Shown: positions 7,861 to 16,713 of the stretch, piece by piece
Layout: the number at the start of each line of letters is the position of its first letter
Numbering within the stretch: the stretch's first letter is position 1
Origin: Candidatus Jordarchaeia archaeon
GTDB lineage: Archaea; Asgardarchaeota; Jordiarchaeia; Jordiarchaeales; Jordiarchaeaceae
Assembly: GCA_029856435.1 (NCBI GenBank)
Contig: JAHQXB010000130.1
Coordinates: 1 to 19,738 of the forward strand
Reading direction: 5' to 3'
Length of the DNA: 19,738 nt
Made by a program: the position numbers and the translations under genes
The notes under the pieces: model-generated
Told to the model about the DNA's origin: nothing
The model's input: the letters and a program-made list of their open reading frames with translations, nothing else
Databases searched by the model: none

Positions 7861-8040
7861 CTACCATCCCTCTTTATGGTGGGAAGCCATCATCGACAAA
7901 ATGCGTTCCGGAGCTATTTTTACGCTTGTTTTGTGTGGCGTAAATGATGTTGCGTCATTTTGCATAGATTTTCTATAAAAATGTTTATTTATGTATAATG
8001 CGTAAACACTACAATATAGTTCAGTGTTAAGGTGGCGCCT

Positions 8041-9093
8041 ATGGATATAAGCGACGTGAAGGAAAACTTGGAATTCCGTAAGGTGCAAATAACGGGTAAA
8101 TCATCCTACATTGTTTCTCTGCCAAAAAGTTGGATAATGAACAATAAGATAAAAAAGGGGGACACCCTCACAATAATCGAGGAAGAAGAGGGGGAGTTAA
8201 GAATTGCAAAGGTTCTTGAAACCAAGAAGAGGGAAAAACCAACCCCCAAAATAGTTATGGATGATCTTTCAGATTCAGAGTTAATCACCACAGTTTTAGG
8301 CAACTATGCTATGGGCGTTGATGGCCTAGAAATTGTTTCAGAGAACAAGGACATGGATATTGCAAAGAGGAAAGTGGCACTAGAAGCCATACGTAGCCTG
8401 GTAGGCTTCGAAGTTATATCAGAATCTCCAAATTCAATTAGAGTAAAAAACCTCTTGGAACCCTCAGACTTTAACTTGGACGAGGTCATTAATCGGCTGG
8501 CTCTGATTTCTACATCGATGTTCAAAAATGCTACAAGCTCCATCGTGGACCTAAACCCCGAAAAGGTGAAGGAGATTGAGGCGCAGGACGAAGAGGTGGA
8601 CCGCCTTTACCTACTCACGCAAAGATTACTGGCGGTGGGACTGCGCGATAAGGCTACTGCCAGAAGAATCGGCTTAGACTCCAACGGCGCAGCTATAGGC
8701 TGGAGCACCATCATCAGAAGCATAGAAAGAATCGCAGACGCTTCAACGGAGATCGCCCAACAAGTAGAGACACTAAGAAAATTCAAGATACCCGGCGAGG
8801 TACTAAACCTCCACTCAAAATTCAACAAAGAAATAGCTTCCTTGACAAACGATGTCCTAGTGGCGGGCTCCCAGAAAAATCCCAAAGCCGCCCTCGAAGC
8901 CCTAAGGAAACTGGAGAAACTGGACAAGCTCAGAGAAGACATAAGAAAAACAGAAATGGAAAAACCCATTGAACCCAAAGCCCTTCTTTCACTCGAAACA
9001 GTAAACAACGCTCTGAAAGGAGTAATCAACAACACTCGCGACATCCTAAAAGTTCTAATAAACTCTGAATACTGGCAAAACTACAAAAAATAA
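8041..9093 (+). CDS. phoU: Archaeal phosphate-uptake regulator: AbrB/SpoVT DNA-binding domain plus PhoU repeats
   Basis: RKVQITGKSSYIVSLPKSWI...GD.L (AbrB-like); PhoU motifs QDEEVDRLY and SIERIAD. ATG 8041 follows AGGTG; GTG 8032 is an alternative. Confidence 0.88.
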   Translation: MDISDVKENLEFRKVQITGKSSYIVSLPKSWIMNNKIKKGDTLTIIEEEEGELRIAKVLETKKREKPTPKIVMDDLSDSELITTVLGNYAMGVDGLEIVSENKDMDIAKRKVALEAIRSLVGFEVISESPNSIRVKNLLEPSDFNLDEVINRLALISTSMFKNATSSIVDLNPEKVKEIEAQDEEVDRLYLLTQRLLAVGLRDKATARRIGLDSNGAAIGWSTIIRSIERIADASTEIAQQVETLRKFKIPGEVLNLHSKFNKEIASLTNDVLVAGSQKNPKAALEALRKLEKLDKLREDIRKTEMEKPIEPKALLSLETVNNALKGVINNTRDILKVLINSEYWQNYKK

Positions 9094-9174
9094 GAATTCA
9101 CCAATTATGGAAGAAAAGGGAGGGTGGAGAGCCACAAGCTCCCCCATTCAGTGGATAACCACTATCTCTATTTT

Positions 9175-10338
9175 TTAACGCTTAAAAAGTCGCAGCAAGT
9201 GCTTGCGCGTCACAAGCTCAACTTCGATCCACAGGGCAATAATAATTATTATGAGGCCAAGCAGATCTCCCATAACACAATAAACTATTATGCCCGCGCC
9301 TCCAAAGAACAAAAGTAGAGTCAAAGCCATCCCCGCCACCTTCCTCTGGTTAAATGCGTCATCCCTCCTAATTCTGGATAGAATCAGCTTCCAAAAAGCA
9401 AAGGGTAAAACCAAATAGTAAGCACCGCCAAAAAGTCCGAACCACCAAAAAACTTCAGAATGTAGGGTGTCCAGAACATTAACTCAAAAACCAAAACTAA
9501 AGCGACGTAGACTTTCCAACCCACAAATCTCTTCTTAGAACTAGTTAAATTTAGTGTGGGCAGGCGTAGGTGATGTAGATTTATTCGATTCCATCTCCCT
9601 AATAAGGCTCCAAATCGTGAAAAAAGCCCTATAAACACCCCCCTTTTTGAGGCGAAACCGAACGATTCTGCATCACCGCAGGCGTATGACGAGTAGGGGC
9701 AATACCAAAATTGCCGCCAGCTGAATGACTATGGACTCCCAAGTGGGGTAAAACCTCGCAGAATTTATTAGAATGAAATTGTCGAGAAAGAACTGGGGTC
9801 TAAAAAGCAGGAAGGCGAAATGCTGGCTGGTGTTGACCATATTCAAAACATAATTTGGAACAAGCAGATAAAGCACTGCTAAATATCCCAGAACTGGAGC
9901 ATACTGCCATTTGGACAGCACGGGACCCACTTTTTTCCTAGGTACGATAATGTCCGCTATGATGAAGGTTAAAATTACAGTGTATATTGCATGGAACTCT
10001 GAAATGAAAACCGCCCAAGGCACATTTAAACCCAAGTAGCGCCCATAGCCCACTGCAATCTGGGAATACCCGGGCAAGAGGTTTGTGAGAGCCAAAAAAC
10101 CCTCCTCCAGGATTCCATATATAAATCCTATTAGGAGCAGTTTGCGGTAGTCCAGAGAGTATCGGGAAACCAAATCCTCAATAACCAGCAGGGAAAGCCC
10201 ATAGAACATAAATGTAACAAAAATAGACCAAGGATCATAAACCCACTTGTAGGGAGGCGTAGCTCCCGAAAGAGACTCAGCATTAAAGGCTCCCAGAACC
10301 ATTATGCATATATTCCCCTTCCACTTCCAAACATCCAT
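9175..10338 (-). pseudogene. Multi-pass membrane protein gene interrupted by a MITE and a second frameshift
   Basis: Three ORF pieces (9673-10365, 9384-9638, 9175-9414) form one hydrophobic protein (...YGILEEG...YGRYLGLNVPWAVFISEFHA...). Deleting the element plus one TSD (118 bp) joins ...VIRL to PTLNLTSSKK... in frame. Adding one base, most simply in the T6 run at 9447-9452, joins the last piece and gives 348 aa from ATG 10338. Confidence 0.8.
9569..9677. mobile_element. 109-bp MITE-like element, copy 1
   Basis: Perfect 9-bp direct repeat GCAGGCGTA at 9560-9568 and 9678-9686. Terminal inverted repeats GGTGATGTAGATTTATTCGATTCCATCTC and GGTGATGCAGAATCGTTCGGTTTCGCCTC match 21/29. No coding capacity. 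Confidence 0.9.
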
Positions 10339-10352
10339 AAGACATCCATAAG
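10331..10352. repeat. 11-bp tandem duplication at the start codon of the minus-strand membrane gene
   Basis: ACATCCATAAG occurs twice (10331-10341, 10342-10352), and each copy carries a minus-strand ATG. Confidence 0.85.
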
Positions 10353-10461
10353 ACACTCCAACCAATTATTTCCAGAAGGTGTATCTCCTAATTTGGCTTT
10401 CACCATGCAAGAACAGAATCCCTTTTCCACCCTTAGAAGAGTTTTTTATGCCATTCCCAAA

Positions 10462-10570
10462 CGCGGTGTAGATTCGTCCAATTTCGCCTTCGAAGGAAGC
10501 TTTCATAGGGCTTCTTTTCCAATTATAGAGCCTCAAAATGAGGTGTGGAATCGGACTAATCTACATCACC
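10462..10570. mobile_element. 109-bp MITE-like element, copy 2 (opposite orientation to copy 1)
   Basis: 9-bp direct repeat ATTCCCAAA at 10453-10461 and 10571-10579. The right end reads GGTGATGTAGATTAGTCCGATTCC on the minus strand; the left end is decayed (CGCGGTGTAGATTCGTCCAATTTCGCCT). It shares internal blocks ATAGGGCTT, GAGCCT, GGAATCG and AATCTACATCACC with copy 1. Confidence 0.88.
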
Positions 10571-10646
10571 ATTCCCAAACCACAAATAACTTAAATAATT
10601 GTTTAGGAAATATTACAGTCATCACTAGAAGTGGAGAAATGTTTGA

Positions 10647-11513
10647 ATGATTGTAGATGTTCACACCCATCCTGTATGCAAAGATTTGACGCCCACACCC
10701 GACCCCCAAACCCTTATCAAAAACCTTTTTGGAGAACGGGCGAAGACTGCAAGGTCTCAAATGGTCATAAACGGATTCCTGTTCCTACACCAGAACCAAA
10801 CCATTGAGGACTTCGTAAGAGCCTTCAACTCTGCGGGAATAGACAAAGCTGTGATTGTACCCATGGACATGACCACAGAATATGGAGTACAGCTGGGTAC
10901 AAATGAAGATATTGCCCGAATGAGGAACAAGTTTCCCGAAAAACTCATAGGCTTCTCATCTGTGGATCCCCGCCGAAAAGATGCAGTTCAAGCCTTAGAG
11001 CACGCCGTCAAAGACCTCAAACTGAAGGGATTGAAACTTGTGCCACCCCTACAAAAATTCGACATAAGCGACAGAAAATACGACCCACTATGGGAAAAAG
11101 CCCTAGATCTAAACATACCGGTGTGGACTCACGCCGGTCACCAAGCCTCCGTTCCCACCTCCGTAGCCAAGTATGGGCACCCCATGCTCATAGATGAAGT
11201 AGCCAGAAGATACTCAGACCTCATCATCATAATGGGCCACCTCAGTGCACCCTGGTTTATGGACGCCTGGTCACTAACCCTACGTCACGAAAACGTTTAC
11301 TTGGATGTTTCCGTCTGGTACAGCCTCTACCCTTACTTCCCCTGGAGCGCCTACACAGACAACGGCATAGAACACAAGCTACTCTTCGCTACAGATTTCC
11401 CATTCACACCCTTCAACATTGGGATACAAGCCGTAAAAAATCTGCCAATAAGCGAGGAATTTAAAAGAAAAATCCTGGGAGAAAACGCACAAAAACTGTT
11501 AAACATTAAGTGA
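10647..11513 (+). CDS. Amidohydrolase-family metal-dependent hydrolase (Amidohydro_2 type)
   Basis: DVHTH, KGLKL, VWTHAG, IIMGH, NVYLDVS, LLFATDFPF; GGAG SD upstream. Confidence 0.9.
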   Translation: MIVDVHTHPVCKDLTPTPDPQTLIKNLFGERAKTARSQMVINGFLFLHQNQTIEDFVRAFNSAGIDKAVIVPMDMTTEYGVQLGTNEDIARMRNKFPEKLIGFSSVDPRRKDAVQALEHAVKDLKLKGLKLVPPLQKFDISDRKYDPLWEKALDLNIPVWTHAGHQASVPTSVAKYGHPMLIDEVARRYSDLIIIMGHLSAPWFMDAWSLTLRHENVYLDVSVWYSLYPYFPWSAYTDNGIEHKLLFATDFPFTPFNIGIQAVKNLPISEEFKRKILGENAQKLLNIK

Positions 11514-11598
11514 CCGAAAATTCAACCCTTTTAGAAAAATTTTCATCAAAAACATGAATGACCTTCCAACATTTCTCAGATTTAGAGGGCGGATATAA

Positions 11599-12798
11599 AT
11601 GCAGAAATATGATGTTATAGTGGTGGGAGCGGGGCCAGCAGGCAGCATGGCTGCTATGAAGGCGGCTCAGGGAGGCGCAAAAACCCTCCTCCTTGAGAGA
11701 GCGGAATTGCCGAGATATAAGCTCTGTGGGGGTGGGGTTGCCAATTGGATTATGAGAAAATTTGACATACCAGAAGACGTCATTGAGAGGGAGTACAAAA
11801 ACATTGTCACTTATATTCCTCCCAATTATGAGGGGCAGGTTTTTCCTATGCCTGGGCTGGGGTACTTCGGGGTGTGCAGAGACAAGTTTGATTACTGTCT
11901 GACTAAAATGGCCATGGAAGCTGGTGCAGAGTTCAAAGAGGGAATAAACATAAGAGATGTGATTATGGAGGAGGGATATGTTAAAGGTGTCGTTTCTTCG
12001 GATGGTCAAGTTTTCAGAGGAGACATAATTATAGGATGTGATGGTGCCCACTCGATTGTGGCGAAGAAATCAGGTTTCTGGAAGTTGTGGTTTGGCCAGA
12101 AGGGCGAAAACTGGAGGGATCACATGTGGTTCTGTGTTGGTGTGGAAGTTAAAATGGACAAAAAAATCATTGATGAGAGGTTTGATGATAACTACCTATT
12201 TTTCACTGGGAGAGAGGTAGCACCACTAGCATACGGGTGGCTGTTTCCAAAGAGGGAAACCGTTTCGGTGGGCTTGGGGTCTTTTTTGTTCTCCATGAAC
12301 AAGAAGCCGTGGAGCTACATGGACTATTTCCTAAATAAACATCCTGTCCTACCCAAACTGTTAGAGGGTGGCAAAATAGTTCTTCGGCGTGGTGCTTGGT
12401 TGCCCATAAGGCATTGTCAGCGGCCAAGCTACGGCAATGGGGTGCTATTTGCGGGAGACTCGGTGGGCATGGTTTCTCCAATATCGGGGGAGGGAATCTA
12501 CTACGCTGTTAGGGCGGGATTGGAAGCTGGTGCAACGGCCGCCGAAGCGGTAAACATTGGTGACGTCTCTACACATTTCTTATCCCACTATGAAGAAAGA
12601 TGGTTGGGTGTAATGGGAGAACAGTTGCTCTACCAAGAGAAACTATTCCTAGATACTGTGGGCAAAGCCTTGGAAGTTAGGGATGAGAAACTACGCCACG
12701 AACTCTACGAGAAAAGGCTGTTAGAAGCCATAGTTGGCTACACTCAGTGGATAATTGAATGGATACTGAAGCGCAAGGAAAAAGCTAAAAAAGACTAA
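11599..12798 (+). CDS. Geranylgeranyl reductase-family FAD oxidoreductase, paralog 1
   Basis: VVGAGPAG, PRYKLCGGG, RDKFD, GCDG, PLAYGWLFP, GDSVG, SPISGEGIYYA. Confidence 0.9.
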   Translation: MQKYDVIVVGAGPAGSMAAMKAAQGGAKTLLLERAELPRYKLCGGGVANWIMRKFDIPEDVIEREYKNIVTYIPPNYEGQVFPMPGLGYFGVCRDKFDYCLTKMAMEAGAEFKEGINIRDVIMEEGYVKGVVSSDGQVFRGDIIIGCDGAHSIVAKKSGFWKLWFGQKGENWRDHMWFCVGVEVKMDKKIIDERFDDNYLFFTGREVAPLAYGWLFPKRETVSVGLGSFLFSMNKKPWSYMDYFLNKHPVLPKLLEGGKIVLRRGAWLPIRHCQRPSYGNGVLFAGDSVGMVSPISGEGIYYAVRAGLEAGATAAEAVNIGDVSTHFLSHYEERWLGVMGEQLLYQEKLFLDTVGKALEVRDEKLRHELYEKRLLEAIVGYTQWIIEWILKRKEKAKKD

Positions 12799-12827
12799 AA
12801 CAGCCTCTGTACAAAATTCTCAGACCA

Positions 12828-12849
12828 TTTTTTATTTTCTTTCCTTTTT
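12828..12849 (+). terminator. Oligo-T terminator-like tract after GGR paralog 1
   Basis: TTTTTTATTTTCTTTCCTTTTT about 30 bp after the stop codon. Confidence 0.45.
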
Positions 12850-12871
12850 GCCGAATCAATCTTCATCATCC

Positions 12872-12889
12872 AAAGGTAAACTTATAAAT
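12872..12889 (+). promoter_or_regulatory. Putative BRE/TATA for GGR paralog 2
   Basis: AAAGGTAAACTTATAAAT about 70 bp upstream of the start, followed by GGAG motifs. Confidence 0.5.
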
Positions 12890-12958
12890 TAGATGGGAAA
12901 TTCATAATTCATTCTAGTAACTTTTCGGTAAAGGAGTCGAATTTGTGGAGCGGGTTTG

Positions 12959-14176
12959 ATGACTCGCAAATATGATGTGATTGTTGTGGGTGCTGGTCCC
13001 GCTGGAAGTATGGCGGCTATGAAGGCTGCAGAAGGTGGAGCGAAAACCCTTATTTTAGAGAAGCATCGCCTTCCAAGGTTTAAACTCTGCGGTGGTGGAA
13101 TAGCAAACTGGGTAGTTAGACACTTGAAAGTACCCGAAGATGTTTTGGAGAGGCAGTACCGGGTTTTATCCTTCTTTACTCCCCCAAGTTATGAACGCCA
13201 CGATATAAACCTTGGCGGATTGGGATATTTTGGCGTTTACCGGGACGCGCTAGACTACTATCTTACTAAATTAGCTTTGGAAAAGGGTGCGGAGCTAAAA
13301 GAGAATACTTGTGTGGACGGTGTGATTAGGAAGGAGGGATACGTTAAAGGGGTCACCACTAAGACGGGGGAGAAGTTTGAGGGCGATGTGGTGGTGGCTT
13401 GCGATGGTGCGCTCTCAACTGTTGCGAGAAAGTGTGGGATGTGGGATGTTTGGTTCAAGGAGAAGGGTGAAACCTGGAAGGATCAGATGGTTTTCTGTTT
13501 GGGTATGGAGGTGAGGCTGGGGGAGAAGGTGGTTAGCGAGCGTTTTGGCGACAGCTACATGATTTTCACGGGTCGCGATATTGCTCCTATGGGGTATGCC
13601 TGGATTTTTCCAAAACGAGAGAATGTTTCAGTGGGCTTGGGCTCTATGGCTAAAACCCTGGAGAAGAAACCCACCGAATACATGAACCACTTCATAAAGA
13701 ATAACCCCATAGCTTCAAAGCTACTGGAGGGCGGAGAGGTCATTCTGCAAAAGGGAGCTTGGATTCCCATAAGGAATGCTTACAAACCAAGCTACACTTC
13801 AGGATTACTGATTGCCGGGGACGCTGCAGGTATGGTTTCACCCATCACCGGTGAGGGTGTTTATTACGCGGTAAGGGCGGGTATGGACGCTGGAGTTACT
13901 GCTGCAGAAGCCGTAAACAGCGGCGATTTTTCCGCCGAATTCCTATCACTGTACCAGGAGAGATGGGTAAAATCTGTGGGAAACATTTTAGATTTCCAGG
14001 ACCAGATTTTTAAGAACACTGTGGGAAAGATTCTAGCCTTGGAGGATGAAAAAGAGAAGGATGAACAGTACGAGAAGGGCTTCGTTGAAGCCTTCAACAT
14101 ATTTGTATCAGTAATTGAGAAATACGCTCAGCAGAAAAAAGAAACACCACAAGCCACAACCCAGAAAAAACCCTAA
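12959..14176 (+). CDS. Geranylgeranyl reductase-family FAD oxidoreductase, paralog 2
   Basis: VVGAGPAG, PRFKLCGGG, RDALD, ACDG, PMGYAWIFP, GDAAG, SPITGEGVYYA. ATG 12959 (TTG 12956 is an alternative). Confidence 0.9.
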   Translation: MTRKYDVIVVGAGPAGSMAAMKAAEGGAKTLILEKHRLPRFKLCGGGIANWVVRHLKVPEDVLERQYRVLSFFTPPSYERHDINLGGLGYFGVYRDALDYYLTKLALEKGAELKENTCVDGVIRKEGYVKGVTTKTGEKFEGDVVVACDGALSTVARKCGMWDVWFKEKGETWKDQMVFCLGMEVRLGEKVVSERFGDSYMIFTGRDIAPMGYAWIFPKRENVSVGLGSMAKTLEKKPTEYMNHFIKNNPIASKLLEGGEVILQKGAWIPIRNAYKPSYTSGLLIAGDAAGMVSPITGEGVYYAVRAGMDAGVTAAEAVNSGDFSAEFLSLYQERWVKSVGNILDFQDQIFKNTVGKILALEDEKEKDEQYEKGFVEAFNIFVSVIEKYAQQKKETPQATTQKKP

Positions 14177-14247
14177 AAAAGAAAAATTAAGTGCCATCCC
14201 ACCAAAATTTCTTAGGAAAATGAATTCGGTGTTGAACACTTTAAAAT

Positions 14248-15429
14248 GTGGAGGATTTAAAATTGAGTTGGGAACAAGTCCAAAAACACCTTAAAGAAGG
14301 TGAAATAATCAATTTGACTCAGGAACTTGTGAGAATACCCAGCTCCAAGGACGTGAAGGGGGGAGAAAGAAAGGTAGCTGAAACCCTAGCATCTTTCTTT
14401 GAAAAATATGGAATACCTTCAGAAATCCAGAGGGTGGGCTTAGGGGCAAACATAATAGCCCGAATAGGAGACCCAGACGCTGGACCCACACTCATGCTTA
14501 ATGGCCACCTTGACACGGTGCTCGCTACAAATATGACCATACCACCCTACGATCCCGTGATAAGGGGAGGAAAACTTTATGGTAGGGGTTCATGTGACAT
14601 GAAGGCGGCTCTGGCAGCCATGGCAGCGGCACTGGCAGCGCTTCACAAAGCGGGAGTGAAACTTGAGGGAAGCCTACTCTTCACTGGTGTTTCTGGGGAG
14701 GAGACGGGAAGCGCGGGGGCGAGGAGAATAGTGGAACGTGGACCAACCTCGAACTGCGCCATTGTTGGAGAACCAACCAGTCTGGTCATCACACACGGGG
14801 GGTATGGAATTACCTTTGCCACAATAAGTGTTAGGGGTAAGGCCGCTCATGGAAGCACCCCCCATGAGGGAATAAACGCCATAGAGAAGGCTGCCAAAAT
14901 AATTGTTAGAATGCGGGAGAAGCTTCCCAAAATTTTTGCGGAGAGAGCTGATCCCGTGGTGGGGCCTCCAACCTATAATGTGGGTATCATAAAGAGTGGA
15001 ACTCAACCGAACATAGTTCCTGACAGGTGTACTCTGGTCATAGATAGAGAGGTGGTTCCCGGAGAAACCTTGGAGCAGATTATAGCTGATTTCCAAGACA
15101 TAATTGACGAATTAAAGAAAGAGGATCCAGAACTGGACGCCACTGTTACCGTGCCAGCAGTTGATCTTCAACCCCTGAAAACCTCCCTTGATCACCGTTT
15201 CATTAAACATTTGGCACAAGCTACACAACAAGTCTTGGGAAGGGTGGAGTATACTGGGAGGTGTGGAAGCACAGACGCTGCAATATTCTCAGAGGCCGGA
15301 ATCTCAAGCGTAATTTTCGGACCCGGAGAAATAAAGGTTGCCCACTCAGAGGTAGAATACGTTGAAGTGGAACAAGTGGTAAACGCCGCAAAAATATACA
15401 CCCATACAGCTTTAAACTACCTGACCTAA
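14248..15429 (+). CDS. M20-family metallopeptidase/deacylase (ArgE/DapE-like)
   Basis: LNGHLDTV, GRGSCDMKA, GEE, GEPT, GKAAHGS, AHS metal and catalytic motifs. TTG 14263 is an alternative start, preceded by GGAGG. Confidence 0.9.
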   Translation: MEDLKLSWEQVQKHLKEGEIINLTQELVRIPSSKDVKGGERKVAETLASFFEKYGIPSEIQRVGLGANIIARIGDPDAGPTLMLNGHLDTVLATNMTIPPYDPVIRGGKLYGRGSCDMKAALAAMAAALAALHKAGVKLEGSLLFTGVSGEETGSAGARRIVERGPTSNCAIVGEPTSLVITHGGYGITFATISVRGKAAHGSTPHEGINAIEKAAKIIVRMREKLPKIFAERADPVVGPPTYNVGIIKSGTQPNIVPDRCTLVIDREVVPGETLEQIIADFQDIIDELKKEDPELDATVTVPAVDLQPLKTSLDHRFIKHLAQATQQVLGRVEYTGRCGSTDAAIFSEAGISSVIFGPGEIKVAHSEVEYVEVEQVVNAAKIYTHTALNYLT

Positions 15430-15471
15430 CCCAGTCTTTTGCACAATTATTGAAAGGAGCGGTTGGTTTGA

Positions 15472-16662
15472 ATGGTTCAAAAATATGATGTAGTGGTGGT
15501 GGGGGCTGGTCCCGCTGGAAGTATGGCGGCTATGAAGGCCGCGGAGGGTGGGGCTCACACCCTTATTTTGGAGAAACAGAGGCTGCCTCGATTCAAGCTT
15601 TGCGGGGGCAACGTGGCTAACTGGGTGGTTCTCAAACTCAACATTCCTCAGAATGTTCTGGATAGGAAATATACTTCAATCACTTTTTGCACTCCACCGA
15701 AGTATGAGAAGCAAAACTTTCCGGTTCCCGGTGCCTACTGGGGAGTTTACCGAGATCGATTTGACTATCACCTTGCAAAGATGGCTGTTGGCGCGGGAGC
15801 TGAGTTAAAAGAAGGCGTACATGTCAATGACGTTATCGTGGAGGGGCGGAGCGTTAAGGGAGTGGTCACGAGTGAGGGGGAGAAAATTTTTGCCGATGTG
15901 GTTATTGCTTGTGATGGAGCTTACTCGAGAATAGCGAAAAAATGTGGTTTTTGGGACAGGTGGTTTAAGGAAAGGGGGGAGACTTGGCTTGATAATATGG
16001 GTTTCTGTATGGGTGTGGAGATGGAGATGGACAACGACACCATTGAGGAGAGGTTCGGAGACTCGTACGTGATTTTCACTGGGAAAGATATAGCTCCCTT
16101 GGGATACGGCTGGATTTTCCCCAAGGATGGTATGCTTTCTGTGGGTGTGGGTTCGGCGGCGGGCATGATGAATAGAAAGCCGTCAGAGTATTTGGAATAT
16201 TTTATGAGGCACCCTGCTGCAGCTCAATTTCTGGAGGGAGGCGAAGTGATGTTGAGGCGCGGTGCTTTTGTGCCCTATAGGCGTTTCTTTACTCCCAGTT
16301 ATTCCACGGGCATATTGGTGGCTGGGGATGCTGCGGGTATGGTTTCACCAGTAACTGGGGAAGGTATTTTTTTCGCGGTGAGGGCGGGTATGGATGCTGG
16401 TATAACTGCGGCTGAGGCTGTTCAGAGTAAAGACTTTTCCGCCGCTTTTCTCTCCAAGTATGAGGAGAGATGGATGAATTCTATTGGTCATAACCTGGGA
16501 TTCCAGGCCCAAGTTTTTGAGGAAACGATTGGAAAAATTCTCAAAATGGAGGATAAACTGGTTCAAGAGGAGCAGTATGAGAAAGGCGTGATTGAAGCCT
16601 TCCTAAAATATATAGCTTATGTGGCAGAGTACTCTACAAAGAAATCTAAAAAGACAACCTAG
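15472..16662 (+). CDS. Geranylgeranyl reductase-family FAD oxidoreductase, paralog 3
   Basis: VVGAGPAG, PRFKLCGGN, RDRFD, ACDG, PLGYGWIFP, GDAAG, SPVTGEGIFFA; AAAGGAG SD. Confidence 0.9.
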   Translation: MVQKYDVVVVGAGPAGSMAAMKAAEGGAHTLILEKQRLPRFKLCGGNVANWVVLKLNIPQNVLDRKYTSITFCTPPKYEKQNFPVPGAYWGVYRDRFDYHLAKMAVGAGAELKEGVHVNDVIVEGRSVKGVVTSEGEKIFADVVIACDGAYSRIAKKCGFWDRWFKERGETWLDNMGFCMGVEMEMDNDTIEERFGDSYVIFTGKDIAPLGYGWIFPKDGMLSVGVGSAAGMMNRKPSEYLEYFMRHPAAAQFLEGGEVMLRRGAFVPYRRFFTPSYSTGILVAGDAAGMVSPVTGEGIFFAVRAGMDAGITAAEAVQSKDFSAAFLSKYEERWMNSIGHNLGFQAQVFEETIGKILKMEDKLVQEEQYEKGVIEAFLKYIAYVAEYSTKKSKKTT

Positions 16663-16713
16663 CAACTATTTTTCCGAAGACTATCCTCACAAATTGATGA
16701 TTTTTTTCTGATT

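Noticed and set aside
9124-9318. Plus-strand 64-aa ORF
   Set aside because: It is antisense to the 3' fragment of the membrane pseudogene and has no features of its own.
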